Assembly (NCBI GenBank): GCA_027317865.1 | Contig: DAHVQG010000013.1 | Location: 17,718-81,717, forward strand | DNA: 64,000 bases | DNA from: Bdellovibrionales bacterium | GTDB taxonomy: Bacteria > Bdellovibrionota > Bdellovibrionia > Bdellovibrionales > UBA1609 | Reading direction: 5' to 3' | Shown here: in pieces, positions 20,102 to 29,379 of the stretch | How positions within the stretch are numbered: position 1 is the first letter of the stretch | How the letters are laid out: each line of letters starts with the position of its first letter | The notes under the pieces: generated by a model | What the model was told of the DNA's origin: nothing | Databases searched by the model: none | The model's input: only the letters and a program-made list of their open reading frames with translations | Translations under genes and position numbers: made by a program

Positions 20102-20344
20102 TTAAGAATGCGTTCCGGGCGCTCCGCGTGCGATTAGCACTTCGCGCCTATCGTGCAAAAGTTGCGCGGTTTCTTCTAAAACGTCGTAGATTTTTGCAAG
20201 TTCCGTTTGTTCATCGTGAGCATCTTCTCGCGACTTAAGGCGATCTCTCAACGAATCAACCAGCAATAATGCCGTACTGATAGGCGTTGAAAGGCGATGA
20301 AGAAACTCCCGTTCATCGTTTTTGTTTGACTCGGATTTGTTCAT
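20102..20344 (-). CDS. Stand-alone HisKA/DHp-like small protein
   Basis: EFLHRLSTPIS resembles an H-box followed by two predicted helices; SD AAGGAG upstream. Confidence 0.6.
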   Translation of the reverse strand: MNKSESNKNDEREFLHRLSTPISTALLLVDSLRDRLKSREDAHDEQTELAKIYDVLEETAQLLHDRREVLIARGAPGTHS

Positions 20345-20389
20345 GAAGAAAACGCTCCTTTGAATAAAAATGGACGCCCGAACATGGCG

Positions 20390-21118
20390 CTAGTATTTTG
20401 GTATAAATGATTTGGGGTTAAGTTCTTGGGTTAAACGAATGATCCGATCGCGAAAATCATCTTGAATATGAACAAATTCGACACCGCAGCCTTTTGCCAA
20501 GTTGGCCGTTTTTTGCGTGCGCAACCAGCGCAAGATGCCGCGCCCCGAAAAATTCTCTTTCGTCGAGTTTTGAAACGCGACGGTAAAATTGATTTCAGAA
20601 CCGATCGAGACGGGCAAATCTTCGGACATCGAGACAAACATGCCGCCTTGGCCCAGGCTCACGGCACGACTTTCAATCGCTTCAGCAAAATTCTGATAGT
20701 GAAGCCGCAAATTAAGGTTTGGTAGCTGTATCGTCGTAGGATGGTCCCAGCGCTGTCTTTTTGGCAATAGAGCCAGATCGATGGTGTTATAAAGCGTCTT
20801 CCGGTTGAACGGTTTGGCGATCATTGCGGCTGCGCCCTCGTGATAAGCGTCTTCAATGGCAAACTCCGCGAAGCCGGTAAGCAAAAGAAAGACCGGGAAT
20901 TCGCAATTTTGCTCGCGAATTTTCTTCAGCAATTGAATGCCGTCGCCGTTAGGCATACGCACATCTGACAGAACGACATCTACTTTTGTGGTCTCGAGAA
21001 TTTGAAGGGCTTGATTACCACTGTCGGCGAGTACAACCGTATACTGGCGCCTTTGAAAATCGTGGCCGATGGCTTCACGAAGCAATTTGTCGTCATCAAC
21101 AATCAACACAGTGCGCAT
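20390..21118 (-). CDS. Response regulator: REC + PilZ-like domain
   Basis: VLIVDDD, SDVRMP (phospho-Asp), LLTG, KPF; C-terminal SLGQGGMFV...G.LRW...GCGVEF PilZ-type barrel. Confidence 0.85.
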   Translation of the reverse strand: MRTVLIVDDDKLLREAIGHDFQRRQYTVVLADSGNQALQILETTKVDVVLSDVRMPNGDGIQLLKKIREQNCEFPVFLLLTGFAEFAIEDAYHEGAAAMIAKPFNRKTLYNTIDLALLPKRQRWDHPTTIQLPNLNLRLHYQNFAEAIESRAVSLGQGGMFVSMSEDLPVSIGSEINFTVAFQNSTKENFSGRGILRWLRTQKTANLAKGCGVEFVHIQDDFRDRIIRLTQELNPKSFIPKY

Positions 21119-21218
21119 ATTGCCTCAGGTACAGTGACTCCGATTACGTTCTAATGCTTCATAACAAAACGTCGCTTTAACTATGCACGTAACTCATATC
21201 GGCAATAATTCTATAAAT

Positions 21219-22898
21219 CTAAATTGCGAATCGTTTTACAGTCTGGATCAGTTTGAGAAAATCAATGGGCTTTGTTAGGTAATCGTTGACGCCGCATTTA
21301 AATGATTTTTCACGTTCGCTAGCCAAAGCGCAAGCTGTAAGGGCAATAACCGGCGCGGTAATGCCGTTAGAGCGCAGTTGTTCGGTCGCGGAGTTGCCGT
21401 CTAAAACCGGCATTTGAATATCCATGACAATCACGTCGTAATGTCGGCGACGCGCCTTTTCGACGGCAACTAACCCGTTTTCAGCTACTTCTACGACAGC
21501 GCCTTGTTCGGTTAAAACATGGTTGAGCAAATAGCGATTATCGGGCGCATCTTCAGCCAAAAGTATTTTTAAACCCTGAAGGCCAGGTTGAGTGTGAGAC
21601 TCGTTTTGCTCCGAAGTATCAGCTTCGGCGACGTCGCATTTCAAAGTAAGGCAAAAGGTTGTACCTTGAGGAGTGCTCTGTATCAGATCCAATTCGCCGC
21701 CTAATTGGGCGGCGAGCTGCTTTGAAATATAAAGGCCGAGTCCTGTACCGCCGAATAAAAAGCCGGGCCGTTTGATTTGCTTAAAAGGCTCAAAAAGATG
21801 TACTTGATCGGCAAAAGGTATGCCGACGCCGGTATCGCGAACCCAAATCTTTAAATAACGTTCATTTTGTCTTGTCGAAATTATACCAGGTGGCGCAGGT
21901 ATAATGTGAAATTCTACATCAACGCCGCCTTGAAGAGTGAATTTGATAGCATTGCCGATTAAGTTAATCAGAATTTGTCGCAAGTGGGCCGGGTCCGAAT
22001 AAATCGCAACATTTTCAGATGTTGTCAGGTTGAGATAGAGATTCTTCTCTTGCGCCTTTACTATTGTCGCCGATCGAACGTCATCGATTAAATCGGCGAG
22101 CGAGAAAAAGCAGCGATTAACTTCAACCGCGTCCGCTTCAATTTTCGAAATATCGAGAATGTCTCCGATAAGAGCCGTCAAGTGCCGTGAATTTTTAATG
22201 ATCCGATCGGTCCAGTGTTTTTGTTCGGACGTTAAACCAGGAGAACTGGCGATAAGGTCGGCAAACCCTTTTATGGCAGTGAGTGGTGTTCGAATCTCAT
22301 GGCTGATATTGGCTAAGAAATTGGTTTTGGCGTGATTTGCGTCTTCGGCCTCTTGTCGCGCGTGTTGCTCTTGTTCAAAAAGCCGGACTCGTTCAATAGC
22401 CTGAGCAAAAAGGTTCGCGAGCGTCGTTACGAATTTCGGGTCGACAGGTCGCGCGGGCGCTTTATTGTAAGAAAATCCGATAATGCCGATCGGATTTTGA
22501 TTCACGACTAGAGGTGCATAGGCAACCGATTCACGCCTCGAATAATCAACAAGTTCGGTAGGTACGACGGATTCTTTTTTAAATTCGTCCGCTGTGCCCA
22601 AGAAAAAACTGTCGTGCGGATTATCTTTTAATAGTAACGGCAGCCATTGTTTCGGAATGCGATGGCATTTTTCTTTAAAATGTTGCGTACAGCCCATCTC
22701 AGCAACCATTTCATATTGGTCGTCGGGGCGTGAAAGAAAAAGACAAACGGCATCGGCATCGAAGGCGGCCGCACATTCGCTTACGATCGTCGTGTTTATA
22801 GAGTCGCCGGAGTTATGCCGCACCAGGATGGTTGCGACTCGCTGAATATATTGGTTTTCGCGCCGAAGTTGTTCCAGTTCAGATATCTCGCATTCCAC
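21219..22898 (-). CDS. Hybrid sensor histidine kinase (GAF-HisKA-HATPase-REC), cytoplasmic
   Basis: SHEIRTPL H-box, NLIGNAIKFT, DTGVGI, GGTGLGL, and REC AEDAPDN...MDIQMP...KP; no TM segment. Confidence 0.93.
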   Translation of the reverse strand: MECEISELEQLRRENQYIQRVATILVRHNSGDSINTTIVSECAAAFDADAVCLFLSRPDDQYEMVAEMGCTQHFKEKCHRIPKQWLPLLLKDNPHDSFFLGTADEFKKESVVPTELVDYSRRESVAYAPLVVNQNPIGIIGFSYNKAPARPVDPKFVTTLANLFAQAIERVRLFEQEQHARQEAEDANHAKTNFLANISHEIRTPLTAIKGFADLIASSPGLTSEQKHWTDRIIKNSRHLTALIGDILDISKIEADAVEVNRCFFSLADLIDDVRSATIVKAQEKNLYLNLTTSENVAIYSDPAHLRQILINLIGNAIKFTLQGGVDVEFHIIPAPPGIISTRQNERYLKIWVRDTGVGIPFADQVHLFEPFKQIKRPGFLFGGTGLGLYISKQLAAQLGGELDLIQSTPQGTTFCLTLKCDVAEADTSEQNESHTQPGLQGLKILLAEDAPDNRYLLNHVLTEQGAVVEVAENGLVAVEKARRRHYDVIVMDIQMPVLDGNSATEQLRSNGITAPVIALTACALASEREKSFKCGVNDYLTKPIDFLKLIQTVKRFAI

Positions 22899-24123
22899 GG
22901 TCGATTCCTTTTGTGGTGGCGTCTACGTGTTGGGCGTTTTGCCGCAAGCGATTCATCATTTTCAAAAATTGAGGGCTGTTAACCGAAAGGTAGATAATGT
23001 ATTCCGGTTCTTTATTTTGTGAGGTCGGCAATTTAGAAAAAATTTGAAATCCATAGCGCCGGTACAATCGCGCCGTGGCCGGGTCGGCTCCCGCGACAAT
23101 ATATTTAACCTTTCGATCGACAACTTTTTGAAATGCATAGAGTAGAAATCGATCGCGCACGTCCTGCGGCAGGGTCGAATCGAAAGACGCGTAACGCAAC
23201 ATTTCGCACGTGTGACGCGCCGGAAATTTTGAATAAAACGCTTCGCGAAACTTCGCGCGAAGTTCGACTGGGATTCGATATTCAAACGGGAGCAGGTCGT
23301 TCTCATGTGAATTCGGAGTCTCATTTTTCAGTAGATCATCAACCGATGGCCTAAAAAACGAGCGCGTGCCGAAATACGAAATTTGAATGGTTAGTAGCAC
23401 CCGGTTCGATATGCTTGAATTTTCGGTTGTTGGGTCGTGATCAAGAAGTGTGATCACATCGTTATTTGTAGAGGCCTCGTTCAAATCTTTGAGAATGCGA
23501 AAATCATTTTCGTTCAGGTAGGGTTTCGCTTCATGATAAGACCGCATGACGGCCTCATGTGTCGGCCAACGGTAAGACAAGATATAGTCGGCTAATCGCA
23601 TGCGTTTCGAGTCGAATAGGACCGTCAAATTGTCGTCAGGATGAGCAATCAAGTGGCCAAGCACATAACGGTTTACCCGAATTGAATAAGGTTCGAGGTT
23701 TTTTAAGCCCACGTTTAATAATTCAAATCTGCGCCCGTGAGACTTCCAAATTTCTTTTTGTACAGCGGTGCCGAAATCGTTCGGCATAGAGCGCACTTGT
23801 ACGGTTCGCATCGGCCGAGCGTCATTTTGAGAATCAGATGTTGGATGGGTCAGGGTAAAACCCTCACGGCCGTCGATATAGCGAAATTGAAGGTGTTTGA
23901 TAGTTTCAGTGACTCGCTTTATTACGGCAAGATGGGCGGGGGAATCGGGCGGCTCCAAAATGAACTGGCAAACACTTGAAACCTGCTGTTGAGATTTGGC
24001 CGAATCGGCGACCGCTCGATTTGTTGCGACAAACGACGCGACCAAAATGACCCAATAGATCATGGCCGCAAGAGGTCGCCGTAAAGGCCTGTTATTTGAG
24101 TTCATGGTGTTGTGTTGTAGCAA
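22879..24123 (-). CDS. Exported hypothetical protein with C-terminal GNAT-like (acyltransferase) fold
   Basis: Signal-peptide-like segment IYWVILVASFVATNRAVA; CEMLRY...YIVAGADPATARLYRRYGF resembles GNAT motif B; alternative ATG starts at 24105 and 24063. Confidence 0.55.
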   Translation of the reverse strand: MLQHNTMNSNNRPLRRPLAAMIYWVILVASFVATNRAVADSAKSQQQVSSVCQFILEPPDSPAHLAVIKRVTETIKHLQFRYIDGREGFTLTHPTSDSQNDARPMRTVQVRSMPNDFGTAVQKEIWKSHGRRFELLNVGLKNLEPYSIRVNRYVLGHLIAHPDDNLTVLFDSKRMRLADYILSYRWPTHEAVMRSYHEAKPYLNENDFRILKDLNEASTNNDVITLLDHDPTTENSSISNRVLLTIQISYFGTRSFFRPSVDDLLKNETPNSHENDLLPFEYRIPVELRAKFREAFYSKFPARHTCEMLRYASFDSTLPQDVRDRFLLYAFQKVVDRKVKYIVAGADPATARLYRRYGFQIFSKLPTSQNKEPEYIIYLSVNSPQFLKMMNRLRQNAQHVDATTKGIDRGMRDI

Positions 24124-24331
24124 TGAAATAATTTTTATTTGTTAAACCGGAATTAAGATTTATTAAAACGGCAAGGCAATTTCTACAAATATCATGCGGC
24201 GGCTTTAGGTCCAGGTTTTATGGTTGTACTTTGCGGTTTTGGCACAAAACCGGCCTATTTATTTCGAGATTCCTTTAACTTGGCGCCAAACCACTTGACA
24301 GAAAAATGGTCTGGTTGATGCTTTACTTTCT

Positions 24332-25444
24332 GTGCAGAAAACTTTGGATCATCTTTTTCATGAGAAATTTTTAACCGTACTCGTGTTACTGGCCCTCGGG
24401 TTTGTGTTTTCGGGACGTCTGTTGCCTGAACGTGCCATCCACCTCGTGGAGTGGCGCACGGTGGGTACGCTATTCGGACTTTTGCTTTTAAGTTGTGGCT
24501 TAGAGCAAAGTGGTTATTTGCACAGGTTCGGCCATCAACTTTTAAAGCGTTTACCGACCGAGCGGCGAGTCGCGGCTTTTTTCGTTGTGAGTGCCGCGGC
24601 GATGGCGACAGTAATTACGAACGATATTTCACTGTTTATTGTTATTCCATTAGCGCTTGAAGTAGGGCGTTCATTGAAAGGCTACCCGACAGGGCGACTC
24701 ATCATTTTTGTCGCTCTCGCCGTCAACGTCGGATCGTCTCTAACGGCGGTTGGCAACCCGCAAAATATATTCTTGTGGCAGACGTCACACGTGAGTTTTG
24801 TTCAATTCGCCGAAACGATGTTACCGTTCGCCGGGTCGCTTTTTTTAGTCCTATTATTTGGCGTTTTTTTCGCTTTTCGACCGCTTCCGCTCGTTTTAAA
24901 CAATGTTCAAATAGCTAATACGCTTGATTCAAGGCTTTTCACGGCGTCGATTCTGCTTTACCCGGTTTTTCTGACGGCGGTTGATAACGGGTTTATTCGA
25001 ACGGCGCTTCTTGTTGTTTTGCTGGTCTTTTTATTCGTCGGGCGAAAGGCCTTTCGGCGATTAGATTGGGCCTTGCTCGCGGTTTTTGTGTTTATGTTCA
25101 TCGATTTTAAGTCTATAGCGGCACTCCCGCTGGTGCAGAGCTTGGCTTTGCAGGCCCTACATTGGAAGTACGGGGCATTTAAATCGGGGCTGCTGTTTTC
25201 GCAGGTGTTGTCGAATGTACCGGCGACTATTTTGCTGCAGTCGTTTCATCCACCGTGGCGCGAATTGGCCTGGGGGGTGGCCGTTGGTGGATTTGGTTTA
25301 GCAATCGGCTCGCTTGCCAACTTGATTGCGCTTCGGCTTGCACGAATAAAGCGCCTCTGGGTCGAGTTTCATGTATGGTCGCTTGCCATGTTTGCCGTGT
25401 CGTTTCTGATTGGTTTAATTTTGCTCCATATCGTTCAACCTTAG
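24332..25444 (+). CDS. SLC13/ArsB/CitMHS-type (IT superfamily) permease, YbiR-like
   Basis: Multi-TM protein; ITNDIS, NVGSSLTAVGNPQN, SQVLSNVPA, GSLANLIA motifs. Confidence 0.85.
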   Translation: MQKTLDHLFHEKFLTVLVLLALGFVFSGRLLPERAIHLVEWRTVGTLFGLLLLSCGLEQSGYLHRFGHQLLKRLPTERRVAAFFVVSAAAMATVITNDISLFIVIPLALEVGRSLKGYPTGRLIIFVALAVNVGSSLTAVGNPQNIFLWQTSHVSFVQFAETMLPFAGSLFLVLLFGVFFAFRPLPLVLNNVQIANTLDSRLFTASILLYPVFLTAVDNGFIRTALLVVLLVFLFVGRKAFRRLDWALLAVFVFMFIDFKSIAALPLVQSLALQALHWKYGAFKSGLLFSQVLSNVPATILLQSFHPPWRELAWGVAVGGFGLAIGSLANLIALRLARIKRLWVEFHVWSLAMFAVSFLIGLILLHIVQP

Positions 25445-25540
25445 AAATCAACCCAATGTTTCGGTTGACTCAAAATCATTCGGCTTCTAAAGTGGCAATC
25501 CTTACCGGTGTGATCGATTCAGTCTTTTTAAGCTAATTGT

Positions 25541-25611
<71 letters not shown>

Positions 25612-25617
<6 letters not shown>

Positions 25618-25737
25618 ATTCCCAAACAGCCCTCATACTTCGTTGCTTCGTCACTCACTTCCCTGCGACGTACTAGTAAGTACGCCTCGGTCGTTCGCTC
25701 CTCGCGCCTCGTTTGAGGGCTGTTTGGGAATTGGTTG
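25612..25737. repeat. 126-bp palindromic element with perfect 24-bp terminal inverted repeats
   Basis: caaccaattcccaaacagccctca (25612-25635) / tgagggctgtttgggaattggttg (25714-25737); internal cgtact-agta-agtacg hairpin. Confidence 0.85.
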
Positions 25738-25855
25738 TTGAAGTACGGGCTTTCGGACTTATCTCGAACCTTGAGGTTCACAAAACGACCAGGATGGTTG
25801 TTTTGCGCGCCAGCCCTGAGCGATTGCGAAGGGTCGAGGCCACGGATGGCCGAGA

Positions 25856-25878
25856 CAAATCCGACGACCGCAACCAAT
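25856..25878 (+). repeat. Degenerate direct repeat of tRNA-Met 3' end (att-like)
   Basis: caaatccgacgaccgcaaccaat vs caaatcctcctcccgcaaccaat (25597-25619), 19/23 identical. Confidence 0.75.
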
Positions 25879-25962
25879 CTTCAAAATTACCAAACCACCG
25901 ATCTTTGAGTTAGGAATCCACACACAACTCAAGCAAATGCGACTTGAACAACATTTTCAGCG

Positions 25963-25979
25963 GTTTGGATATCTGTGGC
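25963..25979 (+). repeat. Left copy of 17-bp direct repeat bounding accessory cassette
   Basis: gtttggatatctgtggc, identical at 31823-31839. Confidence 0.75.
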
Positions 25980-26051
25980 ATTGGATAACCATGACCGTAT
26001 AATAAAATCACATTTCACACTATATTTTTCGAAACAAATATCCTACTCCCA

Positions 26052-26972
26052 TCACTGAAGTTGGATTGACCAAATATCGTTTCGAATGTCGTGAACCACA
26101 AGTAACGGATGCTGTGGCGATACGAACGGCAACAAGCTTTGGTATTTTTGTGTTGCAAGAAACACTTCGTCGGGACTAGTTCCGTCGATATGGAACCTAA
26201 AAGATGGAAGGTTGTGACTCCAGCCGGCACTCGCTTTTTCAACTTCCGATATTTTCGTACTTTTATAGAGATAAAAATGTCTGTCGCCGCCGTCAAGGCA
26301 CACGATTGAACCATTTGCCTTAAGGATATTGATGGGCTTATTGCATACAGCAAGAGACCCATTATCGCAGTTTCCTGCCTGACGGTTCGGGTACAACGAA
26401 TAAAAATGAGGTCCCGTACTGTAAGTTCGACAGTACAAATATTTAAACGTAAACGATTCGCTGTAGGTTGAGATGTCTCCGCCGTTTGTGATGAGTGGGA
26501 TTACCCGTTCTGAAATTCTAAAATTATTATCGTTGCAACGGCCCGTCGCTCGATAAAGCTCGTGGAGAATTAGCATATTCACACTACGCCCGTGGACGTA
26601 CGGTGGTGCAAAAGGGCTAACCAAAAATTCCCATGAACTTTGCTTGAGTTGAATATATCCAGGTATAGTCCATGCATCTAACATTGGTGACACCGGTTTG
26701 CCCGTGTAGGGGTTGACGAGTTGATCAACTATTTTGATTGTGGAGTGGTCGAGTGCATGGCGCAATAGAGTCGCTGGGCACATCAAGTTGGCGCGCGGGT
26801 TATCAGCAATATCAGCGATCATACTGTACCCGCGAAGTCGAAATGCCGCTTCGATTTGCGCTCCGCCGCCGCCTTCTTTTGCGCCGGGTGAACCTGCGAA
26901 TGCTGGCATTGAAACAGCTAACAATGATACCACTGCAATTGTGCCGCAAATTAAACCTAACGATCGTTTCAT
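26052..26972 (-). CDS. Exported protein with Gly-rich mature N-terminus and LHExxR motif
   Basis: Signal peptide ending AFA; GSPGAKEGGGG; LILHELYRATG; ATGA overlap with the upstream TIGR02147-type gene. Confidence 0.75.
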   Translation of the reverse strand: MKRSLGLICGTIAVVSLLAVSMPAFAGSPGAKEGGGGAQIEAAFRLRGYSMIADIADNPRANLMCPATLLRHALDHSTIKIVDQLVNPYTGKPVSPMLDAWTIPGYIQLKQSSWEFLVSPFAPPYVHGRSVNMLILHELYRATGRCNDNNFRISERVIPLITNGGDISTYSESFTFKYLYCRTYSTGPHFYSLYPNRQAGNCDNGSLAVCNKPINILKANGSIVCLDGGDRHFYLYKSTKISEVEKASAGWSHNLPSFRFHIDGTSPDEVFLATQKYQSLLPFVSPQHPLLVVHDIRNDIWSIQLQ

Positions 26973-27832
26973 AATTTCCCTCCTCTGCGCGTCGGCGTAG
27001 TATCGCTTTCGCTGCCTCGCGCTCGAGAAATTTTAGTTATCGGATAAAGTGATACGTTGACGTGATAAACTTCGGTTGGGCGTTTGTTGCTTTCGAACAT
27101 TTCAACCAATTCACGCCGAAATTGTTTTATTTTTTCTTTTGCCATTGGGATATCTTCGGGATGAATCGCAAGTGTTAAAGACGTGTGGCTGCGAAGTTCA
27201 GTTGTTGGCATTTCTTCTAGAGCTCGAAGTGACATTTCTAATATTTGTTTTTGCAGTTTACGTGACGCTGCACTTGTCAAATCGTCTAGAATATTCGTTG
27301 CAAGCCCATCTGCTGTAGTGTCAACCCATCTGCCCCGCGGAGTGATTTCCAGAAGTCCCACACGTTGAAGTCGTTCGACGGCAATATTGGCTTCGCTTTT
27401 GGTAATTCCGAGGCTTTTTGCCACCCAAGCAACACTGGGATTAAAGTCTTTGACCCGTATAAGTTCTAAAATTGCATAATGGTACCAATCTGAAATAATG
27501 GCATAGGTATCAAGAGTGATTTGCTGAAATTCGGATTTGCCTGTTGATTCGAGGGTTGAATTAAATTTTTTCTGCTGTGAAAGAACCTTATATCTGCTGA
27601 TTTCTTTTGGCTCTAACCCAATAGCCATTCCTAATTTATTAATCGATGTCGTTGTAATGGGCCTTTTACCATTCAACATTGCGGAGAGTGCCGAAGAAGA
27701 AACGTTTATCGACCTTGCAAAGGCGCGCAAAGAATAATGGGGATTTTTCTTGCAGCGAGACACCAGCTCTTGCTGGAGGCGCAATCTGAAATCAATTGGA
27801 GTACTAATCTGCACTTGAACCGTTTCTCTCAT
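26969..27832 (-). CDS. TIGR02147 family (N-terminal HTH + DUF4423) protein
   Basis: KNPHYSLRAFARSINVSSSALSAMLNGKR HTH; ISDWYHYAILEL; AVERLQRVGLL; KIKQFRREL; VYHVNVSLYP; start chosen at ATG 27832. Confidence 0.85.
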   Translation of the reverse strand: MRETVQVQISTPIDFRLRLQQELVSRCKKNPHYSLRAFARSINVSSSALSAMLNGKRPITTTSINKLGMAIGLEPKEISRYKVLSQQKKFNSTLESTGKSEFQQITLDTYAIISDWYHYAILELIRVKDFNPSVAWVAKSLGITKSEANIAVERLQRVGLLEITPRGRWVDTTADGLATNILDDLTSAASRKLQKQILEMSLRALEEMPTTELRSHTSLTLAIHPEDIPMAKEKIKQFRRELVEMFESNKRPTEVYHVNVSLYPITKISRARGSESDTTPTRRGGKL

Positions 27833-27883
27833 GTGACGAATAAATAATGTCATTACAGTTGAACAGCAAACTGTTTTGGTACA

Positions 27884-27909
27884 AAGTGCGCCAATTCGCT
27901 GGCGCACTT
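27884..27909 (-). terminator. 10-bp hairpin, possible terminator of the exported-protein operon or an operator
   Basis: aagtgcgcca-attcgc-tggcgcactt; only a short U tract on the minus strand. Confidence 0.45.
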
Positions 27910-28113
27910 CAATTTGTGATCATTTACGTGAAATTTTTCTAATTACCAAATTCGGAAGTGCTTAGCGAATCCACAAACTAATGCGAGCTTAGCCATCGCA
28001 ATTCAACCATATTGGCTAAACCAACAAAAAGCTATACTGCTCCCCGATAAGTCGCTGACAGTATCATCCGGAGAGTCAGTCAGCAAAGTTAAGAGCCCTT
28101 GACCCAACTTATG

Positions 28114-28233
28114 TTAGATATGGAGTATCTTATGGAGCGAAGCTTGCCTACATTGTTCAAGCAAATCTGCAAATGCATTATGGCTTAATAGCATTCCGAC
28201 AATTAATAAAATCAAAGATAATTTTTTCGCCAT
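28114..28233 (-). CDS. Unannotated 39-aa ORF with signal peptide (small secreted peptide or nonsense-truncated gene)
   Basis: MAKKLSLILLIVGMLLSHNAFA-DLLEQCRQASLHKILHI*; SD-like GGTGAG; starts 32 bp after the preceding stop; frame stays open past the TAA to 28003. Confidence 0.65.
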   Translation of the reverse strand: MAKKLSLILLIVGMLLSHNAFADLLEQCRQASLHKILHI

Positions 28234-28265
28234 AGTTCACTCACCAAAAAAAGTATTTTGACTTT

Positions 28266-29288
28266 TTATTTACATGTTGCCGAATTAGTTAGTTGCAGTG
28301 CCTGATCATTGTAGTTGGTTTGGTCTTCCGAATACATCATGGCTTCAGACTCAAGAGTCAGTTCGTGATCTCCATCGAACGCGCCTGTCATTCCCCAGAG
28401 ATGGTGGATTTCCGATTCAGCATCAGACGTGCAGCTCATTTTCATCAACAGCGCATTGAATTTATCGGCACAATGACCCGGTCTGATTGTCTGCTCAGCA
28501 GAAGTAATGCATTGTTTGTAGTTCACATCGACGGCTTTCAGTGCGTGCTCAAACTTTGCCTCTTTTGAATTATAAATGTGCTCCGAAATATATTCTTTAT
28601 ACGTTCGCCCAATTTGATTTCGTTTTAATCCATAGTCTTCAAGCGCACGGATGAGCTGCTTGCTTGTTGCATTCACAATCAACGATGAGTGAAGAAGACG
28701 ATCTACATTCTGAATTATGTTCGGGTCATTCGTGTAATCTCGCAGCCACTCATGTAAATAGAAAAACGAAGATTGCACCGGATTGCGCGCAAGCTCATTG
28801 CTAATGGCAGGATCATATTCATAGCGAATTCTTGTGCCCGAAAATCGAATAGTCGTCTGAAAAGCACGAATATCTTTCGGATTTTTTACACAAGATTTAG
28901 GAATTTGGCGAACAGTCGACTCGTCAGGAATAAACCCGAGTGCTGTGCCAGGTATCCAGAGACGTTTGTCTGACGAAAATGGATTTCGATTGAGTTTTGC
29001 AAAATCAAAAAGTGATGCTGCCATATCAGGTAACTTGTATTGAAGCCGATGAGCAATAAGCCTTAAGATTTTTTTTGTCGCGTTTGCCCCTGTTATCTGC
29101 CTTATTTTCGAATCAACCGGCATCCCCATTTCTTTAGTGGCTTCGTAGTCCCAAGAGTAAAGATGGCCGTTATCGCAACGAATGGTGTAGCCACCGCCGC
29201 CAGCCGATCCGCCCGCAAAGCTTGAGCGTGGGATAAATGCCAAAATAGCGATTAATCCGAGAGTGAAGAATTTAATTGATTTATTCAT
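28266..29288 (-). CDS. Exported protein with GGSAGGGG mature N-terminus and LHExxR motif
   Basis: Signal peptide ending SFA; GGSAGGGG; FFYLHEWLRDY; several Cys. Confidence 0.8.
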   Translation of the reverse strand: MNKSIKFFTLGLIAILAFIPRSSFAGGSAGGGGYTIRCDNGHLYSWDYEATKEMGMPVDSKIRQITGANATKKILRLIAHRLQYKLPDMAASLFDFAKLNRNPFSSDKRLWIPGTALGFIPDESTVRQIPKSCVKNPKDIRAFQTTIRFSGTRIRYEYDPAISNELARNPVQSSFFYLHEWLRDYTNDPNIIQNVDRLLHSSLIVNATSKQLIRALEDYGLKRNQIGRTYKEYISEHIYNSKEAKFEHALKAVDVNYKQCITSAEQTIRPGHCADKFNALLMKMSCTSDAESEIHHLWGMTGAFDGDHELTLESEAMMYSEDQTNYNDQALQLTNSATCK

Positions 29289-29379
29289 ATTACCAAACCT
29301 TATTTTATTAATTTACATTTTAAATTCATAGCGACTGGCGTGTACCATCAACAGCGAAGAACCGATCAAATTACAATTA

